The notes: generated from the letters alone by a model not told the origin. A stretch of 64,000 nucleotides of DNA from an uncultured Verrucomicrobiae bacterium (GCA_963707025.1 CAVPOM010000015.1:192001-256000); one strand, 5' to 3'. Positions 22,964-33,206 are shown, numbered from the stretch's first letter. Numbers and translations: made by a program.

Positions 22964-24076
22964 TTACGATCGGGACGCGCCCATGAATTGGCGAATGACG
23001 GCGACCACATAGTCCGCCTGGGCATCGGTCAGTTCCGGATAGATGGGCAGCGGGAGAATTTTGCGGGAGATTTGTTCAGCGACCGGAAAATCACCGGAGC
23101 GAAAGCCCAAATCGGCATAGACTTTTTGGAGGTGAAGCGGCAGCGGATAATAGATGAGCGTGGCCACGCCCTGGTCGGCGAGGTGTTTTTGCAGGGCGTC
23201 GCGCTCTTCGCTGAGAACGGCATAGACGTGGAAGACATGCGTGTTGCCAGGGGCGGTGAGGGCAAGCTGGAGGGGAAGATCCCGCAAGCCGGCGGTGTAG
23301 CGGCGGGCGATGGCCACGCGGCGTTCGTTCCAGAGGCGCAAGTGCGGGAGTTTGACGCGCAGAATCGCCGCTTGCAACTCGTCCAGGCGGCTGTTGTAGC
23401 CGTGCAAGTCGTGGTAATAACGCCGCTCCATCCCATGCACGCGCAACATGCGCAAGGTGCGGGCCAGCGCCTCATCGCTTGTCACCACCATGCCGCCGTC
23501 CCCGCCGGCACCCAGATTCTTGGTCGGGTAAAAACTGAAGCAACCGAGCCGCCCGAATTGTCCGACCGGCTGGCCGGCAAAGGTCGCGCCAATGGCCTGG
23601 GCGCAATCTTCCACCAGAGCCAGGCCGTGCTTTTGGGCCAGGGCCTGAAGTTCCGCCAGAGGCGCAGCCTGTCCAAAAAGATGGACGGGAATAATGGCCC
23701 GTGTCCGCGAGGTGATTCTGCGGGCCACGTCAGCAGGGGAAATTTGAAAGGTGGCGGCATCAATGTCCGCAAAGACCAGGCGCGCGCCGACCTGGCAAAT
23801 GGATTCCGCCGGGGCGATGTAAGTGAAGGGTGTGGTGATGACTTCATCGCCCGGCCCGATGTCCAGGGCGCGCAGGGCCAGAGTGAGGGCGTCGGAACCG
23901 GAATTCACGCCAATGCCGAACTTGGTTTGAGTCAAGGCGGCGATCTCCTGTTCCAAGGCGGCGACATTGGGACCGAGGATATAATGGCCGCCGGCCAAAG
24001 CGCGTTGGACCACCGGCAAAAGCTCCGCCTGCAGCGACTGGTATTGCGCGGCCAGGTTTAAGAACGGGACGTTCAT
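22964..24076 (-). CDS. DegT/DnrJ/EryC1/StrS PLP-dependent sugar aminotransferase
   Basis: NSGSDAL, PVHLFG, EDCAQA, SFYPTKNLG and NSRLDELQAA motifs. Confidence 0.93.
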   Translation of the reverse strand: MNVPFLNLAAQYQSLQAELLPVVQRALAGGHYILGPNVAALEQEIAALTQTKFGIGVNSGSDALTLALRALDIGPGDEVITTPFTYIAPAESICQVGARLVFADIDAATFQISPADVARRITSRTRAIIPVHLFGQAAPLAELQALAQKHGLALVEDCAQAIGATFAGQPVGQFGRLGCFSFYPTKNLGAGGDGGMVVTSDEALARTLRMLRVHGMERRYYHDLHGYNSRLDELQAAILRVKLPHLRLWNERRVAIARRYTAGLRDLPLQLALTAPGNTHVFHVYAVLSEERDALQKHLADQGVATLIYYPLPLHLQKVYADLGFRSGDFPVAEQISRKILPLPIYPELTDAQADYVVAVIRQFMGASRS

Positions 24077-24240
24077 CAATTTGTCATTTGGTTGCCGCCA
24101 GAGCATGAAGGCTGCTGACCGTAAATAAAGAAAAAATGGCGGGGAAAATCAGGTGGGGAGAGGAAGTGGCCGGTTGGACCGGAAGTGGGCGGCAGAATCC
24201 CCTGATGCAAAACGAAGGTTTGTTTGACTTTTATTTCATC

Positions 24241-24269
24241 TTTTCTTCAGCCCCAAAAGAGGCTATACT
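24241..24269 (+). promoter_or_regulatory. Putative sigma70 promoter of DUF1573 paralog 1
   Basis: TTTTCT-N17-TATACT, 9 nt before ATG 24279; the same motif precedes paralog 2. Confidence 0.5.
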
Positions 24270-24278
24270 GGACCCCAG

Positions 24279-25628
24279 ATGAAGTCGTTCATTCGTTTTG
24301 CCTTGATGCTGGCCGGCAGCGCGGCCATCCCGGCTTCCTTGACCGCCCAACCATCGGGCGGGGTGGCGGGGGCGCCTCCCGCGCCCGCCGCCTTCTCCAC
24401 CAATGGCCAGGAATTTCCTTCCAATAGTGTGGACTCTAGTTTTTTTCCTCCCGCGCCTTTTGCCATCTCGACCAACGGGCTGGGAGCCAGGATTCAATTC
24501 AACACCGAAAACCACGATGCCGGCACCAACCTGGCCGGGGACCCGATCCGATACACCTTCCTGGTCACCAACACCGGGGATGAAATGCTCGTTCTGAGCA
24601 ACGTGCATGCCGGTTGCGGTTGCACCATCGTCGGCGGCACCACGCCCGCCGCCCTCACCCCGGAAGGGGGAACTGTGCCCGCCGCCACCACCACTTGGAC
24701 CCACCAAATTGCCCCGGGCCAAACTGGCATTATCCCGGTTCAGATCATCACCAGCAGCCTTCGGGGACAGATTAACAAGAACGTCACCGTGACTTCCAAT
24801 GACCGGACGCGCCCCAACGTGGACCTTCACATCAGCGGCGTGGTCTGGCTGCCCATCGAGGTCGCGCCCACCATGGCCTCTTTCAGCCTCATGCCGGACG
24901 CGACCAACCTGAACACCCAGGTGCTCAGAATCTTCAACCGGATGCAAACGCCACTCACCCTTTCCGACCCGCAGAGCAACACCAACGCCTTCTCCGCCGT
25001 CCTCAAGACCAATCTTCCCGGGCAGGAGTTTGAATTGACGGTCACGGCGGCGCCCTCTTTCCACTTGCCGCCCTCTCTCGGCATGACGGTCATTCAGGGA
25101 CAGATCGCCCTGAAAGCTTCCGCCACCAACATGAATCCCCTCAAGATCAGCGTTTTTGAGACCATCTACCCGGAGATCACGATTTTCCCGCCCAACATCC
25201 AATTGCCCGCCGGACCACTGGCCCAGCCCAGCACAAGCCACCTCCACATCCGCGGCAACGCCGCCAATTTGACGCTGTCCGACCCCGTGGTGAACGCGCC
25301 CGGAGTGGAGGTTGCGGTCAAGGTGTTGCAAACCAACCGTCAATACTATCTTGACATTGTTCTTCCCGCCGGCTTTGAAGCCCGCACCAACCGGAACCTC
25401 GTGCTGACCGTCAAGACCGACAACCCGCGCTTCCCCACGATCAGCGTCCCGGTCACGCCCGTGCCGGGCATGGCGCAACCGGTGCGGTCTCCGGTTCCGG
25501 CTCCGCCCGTGCGGACCAGCCTCCTGTCCCTTGGCGCCCGGGCCGGCCTGGCCGCCCCGGCGGCGGTCACCAACGCCCCGGCCTCATTGCCCAACCCGGC
25601 CCTGCGCGCCAACCCCCTTCAGCCCTGA
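24279..25628 (+). CDS. Secreted DUF1573-domain Ig-like protein, paralog 1
   Basis: Signal peptide; F.NTGD.ML.LSNVHAGCGCT, IAPGQTG and VTVTSND DUF1573 motifs. Confidence 0.8.
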   Translation: MKSFIRFALMLAGSAAIPASLTAQPSGGVAGAPPAPAAFSTNGQEFPSNSVDSSFFPPAPFAISTNGLGARIQFNTENHDAGTNLAGDPIRYTFLVTNTGDEMLVLSNVHAGCGCTIVGGTTPAALTPEGGTVPAATTTWTHQIAPGQTGIIPVQIITSSLRGQINKNVTVTSNDRTRPNVDLHISGVVWLPIEVAPTMASFSLMPDATNLNTQVLRIFNRMQTPLTLSDPQSNTNAFSAVLKTNLPGQEFELTVTAAPSFHLPPSLGMTVIQGQIALKASATNMNPLKISVFETIYPEITIFPPNIQLPAGPLAQPSTSHLHIRGNAANLTLSDPVVNAPGVEVAVKVLQTNRQYYLDIVLPAGFEARTNRNLVLTVKTDNPRFPTISVPVTPVPGMAQPVRSPVPAPPVRTSLLSLGARAGLAAPAAVTNAPASLPNPALRANPLQP

Positions 25629-25710
25629 AGCGGCGGCCCAGCGCCTTCGGCCGCCGGCCTTGCATGCCGCGGGAACGGGCCGCCCGGAGCGGAACCGCCC
25701 CCTTCCCCCT

Positions 25711-25739
25711 TTTACTTCCGCTGGAAAGGAGGCTATAAT
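25711..25739 (+). promoter_or_regulatory. Putative sigma70 promoter of DUF1573 paralog 2
   Basis: TTTACT-N17-TATAAT, 12 nt before ATG 25752. Confidence 0.55.
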
Positions 25740-25751
25740 CAATGCCACAAC

Positions 25752-26960
25752 ATGAAATCGTTCCTGCGATTTGCCCCGATCCTGGCCGGCACTTTGGCCG
25801 CCTCTGCATTTTTGCGCGCCCAGACGCCTCCGGCCCCCGCCGCGGCCACAAATCATGCCGGACCCGCCATCCAGTTCAACACCGAGAACTACGACTTTGG
25901 CAAAATCCTGGCCGGCGATCCCGTCAAATATACCTTTGTGGCGACCAACACCGGGGATGACACCCTGGAAATCAGCAACGCCAGGGGATCCTGCGCTTGC
26001 ACGGTGGTGGGCGAGGGTTCGGCCAAAAACGCCTGGACCCTGCAAAGAGTTGCGCCCGGCCAAACCTGCCGGATCCCCGTCGAAATCGCCACTTCCAACT
26101 ACGGCGCCCAGACCATCGCCAAATTCGTCACCGTGACTTCCAATGCCAAGGCGCGCCCATTGGTCAACCTGCAGATTCACGGCAAGGTCTGGCTGCCCAT
26201 TGAGGTCAGCCCCGCCGCGGCGGTTTTCACTCTCGTGCCCGGCGCCGCCACCAGCAACACCCAGGTCCTCAAAATCTTCAATCGGATGGAAAAGCCGCTC
26301 ACCCTTTCCGACCCGCAAAGCACCACCAACGCCTTCTCCGCCGTCCTCAAGACCAATCTTGCCGGCCAGGAGTTCGAATTGGCGGTCACGGCGGCGCCCC
26401 TTTCCAATCGGCCGCCCGTTTTCAGCACGACCCTGATTCAAGGGGGAATCTCGCTGAAATCTTCCGCCAGCAATATGAATCCCTTCAAGATCAGCGTTCT
26501 GGAGACCATCTACCCGGAGATCGTGGTTTACCCGGCCAGCATCCAGTTGCCCCCCGGACCGCTGGCCCAGGCCAACACCAACCATGTCACCATTCGCGGC
26601 AACTCCACCAATTTGATCCTGTCCGACCCCGGCGCGAATGTCCCCGGCGTGGAGATGTCCGTCACTGTGGTCCAGACCAATCGTCAATACTATCTGTCCG
26701 TGGTCTTTCCCAAGGGGTTCGAAGCCCGCACCAACCAGGACCTCGTCCTCACCGTCAAGACCGACCACCCGGGTTTTCCGGTCCTGAGCATCCCGGTCAC
26801 CCCCATGCAGACCGTCATCAACAGCCTGGCGGCCATCCCTCCGCCCAGGCGGACCAACGTTCTTCCGGCCTCCATTCTGGCCAACGTCCCGACGAATTCC
26901 CCAGGCGCCCCGGCCCCATCGCCCAATCCAGCCTTGCGCGCCAACCCACCTCACCCGTGA
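25752..26960 (+). CDS. Secreted DUF1573-domain Ig-like protein, paralog 2
   Basis: YDFGKI..GD, NTGDDTLEISNARGSCACT; collinear with paralog 1, with the same MKSF.RFA start and PNPALRANP end. Confidence 0.8.
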   Translation: MKSFLRFAPILAGTLAASAFLRAQTPPAPAAATNHAGPAIQFNTENYDFGKILAGDPVKYTFVATNTGDDTLEISNARGSCACTVVGEGSAKNAWTLQRVAPGQTCRIPVEIATSNYGAQTIAKFVTVTSNAKARPLVNLQIHGKVWLPIEVSPAAAVFTLVPGAATSNTQVLKIFNRMEKPLTLSDPQSTTNAFSAVLKTNLAGQEFELAVTAAPLSNRPPVFSTTLIQGGISLKSSASNMNPFKISVLETIYPEIVVYPASIQLPPGPLAQANTNHVTIRGNSTNLILSDPGANVPGVEMSVTVVQTNRQYYLSVVFPKGFEARTNQDLVLTVKTDHPGFPVLSIPVTPMQTVINSLAAIPPPRRTNVLPASILANVPTNSPGAPAPSPNPALRANPPHP

Positions 26961-27012
26961 AGACATTGCTTCTGCCAGACCGGCCGCCAACGGGAACAGG
27001 AACCGCCGGATT

Positions 27013-27678
27013 ATGATGGATAACCCGGCTCAACCAGCGTCGCGCGGCTGCGGGTGTCAACTGGGCAGGATCCTGCGCGAAGCCGTGATCGTGGGCGCGC
27101 TCGGCCTCGGCTTCGCCTTTTTGGCCAACCAATTCTCCCCGCGCGGCCTCAATCCGGCCAGAAACTACTTTCCCGGCGGCGCCAAGGCTTCCGCCGTGGC
27201 GCGGCCCGCCATCGTGCCGTCCGGAGCCTCAGGCCCGACCAACGCGTCCTCGCCCGCCGCCTTGCTCGCGGCGCGCCTTAAGGAAAATGGGCTGCATCTC
27301 CTGGAACGCGCCGGGGTGGAAAAACTGTTCCACGACCCTCGCCGGCAGCAGGACGCGATTATGTTTATTGACGCGCGCGACGAGGACGAATACCAGGCGG
27401 GCCACATCCCGGGCGCCTTTGAATTCTACCATTACCACCCCGACAAATACCTGGCGGACGTTCTCACGCCCTGCCAGCTCGCCGAGCAAATAATTGTTTA
27501 CTGCAACGGCGGCGACTGCGAAGACAGCGAGTCCGCCGCCCTGTTCCTGCGCGACCGGGGCGTCCCCGCCGGGAAACTTTTCATTTATGGCGGCGGCATG
27601 ACCGAGTGGGAGGCCGCCCGGCTGCCGGTGGAAAGCGGCCCGCGCAACAGCGGCAACATTCGCAACCCCGCCCCATGA
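27013..27678 (+). CDS. Membrane-anchored rhodanese-like protein
   Basis: N-terminal TM; FIDARDEDEYQAGHIPGA, IVYCNGGDCEDS and YGGGMTEW motifs. Confidence 0.88.
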   Translation: MMDNPAQPASRGCGCQLGRILREAVIVGALGLGFAFLANQFSPRGLNPARNYFPGGAKASAVARPAIVPSGASGPTNASSPAALLAARLKENGLHLLERAGVEKLFHDPRRQQDAIMFIDARDEDEYQAGHIPGAFEFYHYHPDKYLADVLTPCQLAEQIIVYCNGGDCEDSESAALFLRDRGVPAGKLFIYGGGMTEWEAARLPVESGPRNSGNIRNPAP

Positions 27679-28211
27679 AACGGCCCCTTCTGCCGGCCGG
27701 CTTGACCGCCCTGGACGCCGCCACCGTGCTGGCCCGCTGGCTCCTGGGCGGGCTTTTCATCTACCTGGGATGGCAGAAGGCGCTGCATCCGGAACTCTTC
27801 CTCAAGTTCGTGCGGGAATATCACCTGGTGCAGGGTCCCCTGGCCTTGAACTCAATCGCGATCAGCCTGCCCTGGTTCGAGATTTTTTGCGGCCTGCTCC
27901 TCCTGGCCGGCGTGGCGGTGCGCGGCACGGCTTTGCTCCTGGCCGCGATGCTGGCGGTCTTCACCGCCGTCCTCCTGCATCGCGCTCTGGGCCTGCAAGC
28001 GGCGCAGGCCATTGCATTTTGCGCGGTGAAATTTGACTGCGGCTGCGGCGGCGGGCCGGAGTTGATCTGCGCCAAGCTGCCGGAGAACATTGTCATGTTT
28101 GGCGCAAGCGTCTGGCTGCTGGCCGGGCGTGGCCGCGCTTTTTGCGCGCTTTACACATGGCCCTCGCGCTCCGGCCCGCCGCGCCCGGGTGCGCTTCACT
28201 TTTTTGGGTAG
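27675..28211 (+). CDS. DoxX/MauE-family membrane protein
   Basis: ARWLLGGLFIYLGWQK, LPWFEIFCGLLLLAG, DCGCGG; ATGA overlap with the rhodanese stop. Confidence 0.85.
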   Translation: MKRPLLPAGLTALDAATVLARWLLGGLFIYLGWQKALHPELFLKFVREYHLVQGPLALNSIAISLPWFEIFCGLLLLAGVAVRGTALLLAAMLAVFTAVLLHRALGLQAAQAIAFCAVKFDCGCGGGPELICAKLPENIVMFGASVWLLAGRGRAFCALYTWPSRSGPPRPGALHFFG

Positions 28212-28222
28212 CGGTTTCCTGC

Positions 28223-28362
28223 TCCTAATCCTAATCTTAATCTTGATCTTAATCCTGATCCTAACGGAGAGATTAAGATTAAGATTAGGATTAAGATTAA
28301 GATTAGGATTAAGATTAGGATTAAGATTAGGATTAAGATTAGGATTAAGATTAGGATTAAGA
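28223..28362. repeat. Inverted hexamer microsatellite: (TCYTRA)x7, short spacer, (GATTAR)x15
   Basis: Read directly; the arms are reverse complements and the array ends about 11 bp before the trpS ATG. Confidence 0.95.
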
Positions 28363-28372
28363 ACTGACCAAC

Positions 28373-29339
28373 ATGCGAATTCTATCCGGCATCCAACCCT
28401 CGGGCGCGCTCCACCTGGGCAATTATTTCGGGATGATGAAGCCGGCCATCGAACTGCAGGAGCAGGGCGAGGCCTTTTATTTCATCGCCAACTACCATTC
28501 CATGACCTCGCTCCTGGACCCGGCCCAACGCCGGCAAAACACCCTCGACGTGGCCCTGGATTTCCTGGCCTGCGGGCTGGACCCGGCCAAGGCGATCTTG
28601 TTCCGCCAATCCGATGTCCCGGCCGTCACCGAACTGGCCTGGATACTGACCACCGTGACCCCCATGGGCTGGCTGGAACGATGCACCAGCTACAAGGACA
28701 AATTGGCCCGCGGCCTTTCCCCCTATCACGGCCTGTTCGCCTATCCGGTGCTCATGGCCGCCGATATTTTGATTTACGATTCCAACCTCGTTCCCGTGGG
28801 CCGCGACCAGAAGCAGCACGTCGAAATCACCCGCGACATCGCCATCAAATTCAACGAAGCCTACGGCCGGACCTTCGTCGTGCCCGAACCCCGCATCCGC
28901 GGCGAGACGGCCGTGGTGCCCGGCTGCGACGGCCAGAAAATGAGCAAAAGCTATGGCAACACCATTGAGATCTTTGGCGACGAAAAGCCGCAGCGCAAAA
29001 AAATCATGAGCCTGGTCATGGACAGCCGTTCCCCGCAGGAACCCAAACCGGACGCGGAAAAAAACCTGGCCATTCAATTGCTCAAACTGGTGGCGCTGCC
29101 TGGCGGTGTCGGCTGATTTTGAAGACCGGCTGCGCGCCGGCGGCCTGGGTTATGGCGACTTAAAAAAGGCGCTCTTCGAGCACTACTGGAATTATTTTGC
29201 GGCCGCGCGCACCCGGCGGGCCGAGTTGGCCGCCAACGTGGATTTTGTCGAAAAAGTGCTGCGCGACAGCGCCCTCAAAGCCGGAGGTGTGGCGGCAAAA
29301 GTCCTGCAGCGCGCCCGCCTGGCATGCGGTCTGGATTAA
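28373..29339 (+). CDS. trpS: Tryptophan--tRNA ligase, frameshifted near 29100
   Basis: SGIQPSGALHLGNY, YPVLMAADIL, VPVGRDQKQH, KMSKSYGN; C-terminal GYGDLKK in 29106..29339. Confidence 0.95.
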
Positions 29340-29395
29340 TAACTTTTTTTAGGCGCGCCCCCCGCGGGGAAGTCCGGAGTCTTGGGCTTCCGTTT

Positions 29396-31774
29396 TCATG
29401 AAGGCACGCCGCGCCGGTCCGCAACATCCGCCATCATTGTTTGGGCCGCTGCGCCTCCGTCAAAAAGGGACGGCACCCTGGGGATGCAGAGAGGAGGGTC
29501 GGCCTGCGGGAAATGGGCCGGGATACTCACGGCCTGGGGCGCGCTTTTGATCCATCCCATGGCTTCGCGCAGGAGAATCCGGGCTGTGACCCAGTTAAAC
29601 CAGTATCCCTCCGCCAGGCCGCCGGCGGTCAGCCCGGCGTGGAATTTGGCTTCGACCAAGGCCCGGCCTTGTTTGAGTTCGGCCAGCGCCTCCCCGGCGT
29701 TGCCGAGACGTTGCTGACACAGGGCCAGGATCATGTGGACGGTGGCGATCCTGGCCAGATCGGTGTCGGCCCGCGGCAAAGACCGGCACTGCTGGGCCGC
29801 CTCGGCCCAATGGCCCTGGCGATATTCCAGCAACGCCAGGGAAACCAATTTCCAAGGCGCCGCAAGGCTGGAATTGGTGTCAGCATCGCTGCCGGCAAGG
29901 GATTTCACCACGATCTGAGCGGGCCCCTGCAGGGATTGCAAGGTTTCCGGATTGGCCGGCAGGAGCAGGCTGCTGCGGATGAGCCGTTCCGCCGCCAGCG
30001 GATCCCGGGTGCTGGCAAAACGGAGGATCGCCTGCTGGCGAATTACCCCGTAGGCCATGGAGCCGTGCGGACCGGCGGATTCGATCAGGGAGACGCCCGC
30101 CTCCAGCAAATCCCAGATCGCCGCCCGCGAGTTATAGTTCCGGCTGTACTGGTTGACTTGCAGAAGTCCTCCAAAAAAACTGGCCGCGTCCTTCCACTGT
30201 TCATGGATGGCATACCAGGCGCCGAGGTCGCGGTAAACCTGGGCGGTTTGCAGGGAAGGAGACAGGGCGGCGCCCGGTGGAATCCTTTGCACCAAGGCCG
30301 CCGCCTCGGGGAACTTGCCCGCATCCAACTCCAAGGCTGCCTTCTCGATATTTTGCATGGCTTCATCCTTGGCGCGCAAGTCTTGTTCGGCCTTCTTTTC
30401 CCGTTCGGCTTCCTGGCGGGCGGCCCGTTCCTGGAAATAGAACACGGTGGAGAGGCTCAGCCCCAGGCACAAGGTCGCCAGGACCGCCGCGCCGGCGGCG
30501 AACATCCCCTGGTTGCGCCGGACCAATTTTTGCAACAGGTACATCCGCCCGGGCGGACAGGCCAGCACCGCCTCGCCATTGAGGTAGCGCTGGATGTCCA
30601 AGGCCACCTCGTGGGCCGTCTCATAGCGCCGCGCGCGGTCCTTCTCCAGCGCTTTCATGACAATCCAGTCCAGATCGCCCCGCGCCAGTCCGATGAGCCG
30701 GTCCGGCTCGATCCCGCGCCGCTGGGCGACCGCCGCCAGGTCAACCGCCGGCAGGGCGCCGAGCATGGTGGAGGGCCGGGGCGGCTCCTTTTCCCGCAGC
30801 GTGCGCTGCAGTTCCTCCATGCCGGACTTGACCAGTTCCTTGCCATCGAAAGGCGTATGGCCGGTCAGCAGTTCGTAGAGCAGAACACCCAGACTGTAAA
30901 TGTCGCTGCGCGTGTCAATGTCCATGCCATCCATCTGCGCCTGTTCGGGGCTCATATAGGCGGGAGTGCCGATGAATTGTTCGCAGGCGGTGAACACGGT
31001 GTTGTCGGCCAAGCGCTCGCCGGTGATGGCCTTGGCCACCCCAAAATCAATGACCTTGGGCATCGGCGTCCCATCCTGCGATGTGACCAATATGTTTGAC
31101 GGCTTAATGTCCCGGTGGATGATGCCTTTCTGGTGGGCGTGCTGCACGGCGTGGCAAATCAGGATGAACAATTCCAGGCGGCGGCGGATGTCCAGATTTT
31201 GCTGATCGCAGTAATCGGTGATCCTCTCTCCCCGCACCAGTTCCATGACGAAAAAAGGCCGGCCCGTCTCGGTGGCGCCCGCGTCGAGCGCGCGCGCGAT
31301 GTTGGGGTGGTCCATCAAAGCCAGCGCCTGGCGCTCCGCGCCAAAGCGGGCAATGAGATTTTTGGTGTCCATGCCCAGCTTGATGATCTTGAGGGCCACC
31401 CTCCGCCGCACCGGCTCCTCCTGTTCGGCCAGATAGACGATGCCGCACCCGCCTTCCCCGATCTTTTGCAAAAGTCTATAATGCCCGATGCGCGCCCCAA
31501 GGCGTTCGTCCTCGGGCAGCTTGACCCGGCTGTCCCCGGCCAGGGCCCCGCCGTTGCCCCACTGGAGGGCCTCGGCGGAAATCTTGAGGGCCGATGCGCC
31601 CTCCGCGAAGAACCGCTCCGCCTCGGCCTGGGCGGACAGCATCTTCTCCACGCCGGCGCGCAACTCGGCATCGCCCACGCAGGCCTGATCCAGGAAGATC
31701 TTGCGCTCGCCGGCATCCTGCACCCGCAGCGCCGCCTCATAAACCAAATCTTCCCATTGTGACGCGGCCTTCAT
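29396..31774 (-). CDS. Hanks-type Ser/Thr protein kinase with TM segment and TPR-like C-terminus
   Basis: IGEGGCGIVY, VALKII, HRDIKPSN, IDFG, GTPAYMSPEQ and DIYSLG motifs. Confidence 0.95.
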   Translation of the reverse strand: MKAASQWEDLVYEAALRVQDAGERKIFLDQACVGDAELRAGVEKMLSAQAEAERFFAEGASALKISAEALQWGNGGALAGDSRVKLPEDERLGARIGHYRLLQKIGEGGCGIVYLAEQEEPVRRRVALKIIKLGMDTKNLIARFGAERQALALMDHPNIARALDAGATETGRPFFVMELVRGERITDYCDQQNLDIRRRLELFILICHAVQHAHQKGIIHRDIKPSNILVTSQDGTPMPKVIDFGVAKAITGERLADNTVFTACEQFIGTPAYMSPEQAQMDGMDIDTRSDIYSLGVLLYELLTGHTPFDGKELVKSGMEELQRTLREKEPPRPSTMLGALPAVDLAAVAQRRGIEPDRLIGLARGDLDWIVMKALEKDRARRYETAHEVALDIQRYLNGEAVLACPPGRMYLLQKLVRRNQGMFAAGAAVLATLCLGLSLSTVFYFQERAARQEAEREKKAEQDLRAKDEAMQNIEKAALELDAGKFPEAAALVQRIPPGAALSPSLQTAQVYRDLGAWYAIHEQWKDAASFFGGLLQVNQYSRNYNSRAAIWDLLEAGVSLIESAGPHGSMAYGVIRQQAILRFASTRDPLAAERLIRSSLLLPANPETLQSLQGPAQIVVKSLAGSDADTNSSLAAPWKLVSLALLEYRQGHWAEAAQQCRSLPRADTDLARIATVHMILALCQQRLGNAGEALAELKQGRALVEAKFHAGLTAGGLAEGYWFNWVTARILLREAMGWIKSAPQAVSIPAHFPQADPPLCIPRVPSLFDGGAAAQTMMADVADRRGVPS

Positions 31775-31837
31775 GGTTCAAAGATGCATGTCATTTCACG
31801 CGCTGGCAAGGCGGACGGTTCACCGTCTCACCCTGCC

Positions 31838-32395
31838 TCATTTTTGTTCTTGAATCCAGCGGAACAGCCTGGCCTTGGCGCAAGCCCACTGGCGGTCCAC
31901 CGTTCGCTCACTGATTCCCATGCTCTCGGCCACCTCCTGGTTGGTCAACCCGCCGAAAAATTTCATCACCACAATGCGCGCCTTTTCCGGGTCCTCCCTT
32001 TCCAGCCGTTCCAACGCGTCATTAATCAGCAACACATCCTCTTCCGGCGCTTTTTCCGCCACCTGCACCTTGTCAATGTCCACCCGCATCTGGCCGCCGC
32101 CGTGCTTGAGCCGGGCTTTGCGGCGGGCGTTATCAATGAGGATGCGCCGCATGGCATCGGCCGCCGCGCCGAAAAAATGGGCGCGATTCTGCCAATGGCG
32201 GTCCCCGTTGCCCACCAACTGGAGCCAGGCCTCATGCACCAAAACCGTCGCTTGAATCGTCTGACCCGGCCCCTCGCGGGCCATGCGGGCCGCCGCCAGC
32301 CGGCGCAGCTCCTCATAGACCAGCGGCATCAACTCCTCCGACGCGCCTCCTTCGCCGCGGTCCATGGATTGCAGCACCAGTGTGATCTCGTTCAT
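31838..32395 (-). CDS. ECF sigma factor of the STK-associated (TIGR02999-like) type
   Basis: LMPLVYEELRRLAA, GQTIQATVLVHEAW, AMRRILIDNAR and ISERTVDRQW; lies directly upstream of the kinase. Confidence 0.92.
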   Translation of the reverse strand: MNEITLVLQSMDRGEGGASEELMPLVYEELRRLAAARMAREGPGQTIQATVLVHEAWLQLVGNGDRHWQNRAHFFGAAADAMRRILIDNARRKARLKHGGGQMRVDIDKVQVAEKAPEEDVLLINDALERLEREDPEKARIVVMKFFGGLTNQEVAESMGISERTVDRQWACAKARLFRWIQEQK

Positions 32396-32700
32396 GCTAG
32401 ATAGGAACATACACCGTTCCCAGTCCGCTGGCGAAACCTGAATTGACCGTCGGGCCCGGCGCAGGCGGGTTCCGTCTGTTTGGAACTGAAAACAACTGGC
32501 GGGTTTTGAACTGCCAACGCCGAGGCGGATGGGGTAATGGAGTGATGGAGTCATGGGCATGGTGGCTCCAAAAACAGACTTGCTTTTATGGTTTGACCGG
32601 TTTGACCAAGCCTGACCGGGCAAGATTGGGCAAGGGCAGCGCGGAGCGTAAATGGTTCATGGAAAGTCACTTGGCTCGATTTGTTGTAAAAGGCTGCATC

Positions 32701-32800
32701 CTTCGCCAAGCCTACGGAGGACAGGTCCTCCGTTGCCTGGCCTGCGGAAGACAGGTCCTCCGTGGCTTGGCCTGCGGAGGACAGGCCCGCCATCGCCAAG
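32701..32800. repeat. Three tandem 30-bp palindromic repeats
   Basis: CCTACGGAGGACAGGTCCTCCGTTGCCTGG / CCTGCGGAAGACAGGTCCTCCGTGGCTTGG / CCTGCGGAGGACAGGCCCGCC... Confidence 0.8.
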
Positions 32801-33206
32801 CTTCCGCCGTCGTTAAAACCATGGCGGACAAGATGGCAGGACAAGCCGGCGCGGCCTTGCAGCATCTCCCGGAACTGCCGGAAGCTCCTTTTCCGGCCCT
32901 GCCCAAGCCTGTCCTCCTCTTTTGACATTGCCCTTCTCACTGAGGAAAGATTAGAGTTTAAGGGCCTGGCGGTCAAAGGAAAAATGCGGATTTTTGCAAG
33001 GCGCCAGGCATGGGTGGCAGGGCGCGTCCCGAAATATCGGGACCCGGCGCACGACGGCAGCGCGACGTTGATTCTTCGTTATTTCAACCCCACGCCCCGG
33101 TTTGGGCTTGAACCGCAATCCCATGACGAGCTGGATCAAGCCCGGTTGTGGTCTGCCAGGGAAATCCAGAAAACGATCCACCCACGAACAAGGAGGGCCG
33201 GTGAAT

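Noticed and set aside
28271..28360. Telomere-like repeat
   Set aside because: Internal, short and embedded among ordinary bacterial genes.
28090..28968. ORF with ILILIL/RLGLRL repeats, or a trp attenuator leader
   Set aside because: This is a translation of the microsatellite overlapping doxX and trpS; there is no Trp-rich leader peptide.
32701..32800. CRISPR array
   Set aside because: The repeats are contiguous with no unique spacers, and there are no cas genes in the window.
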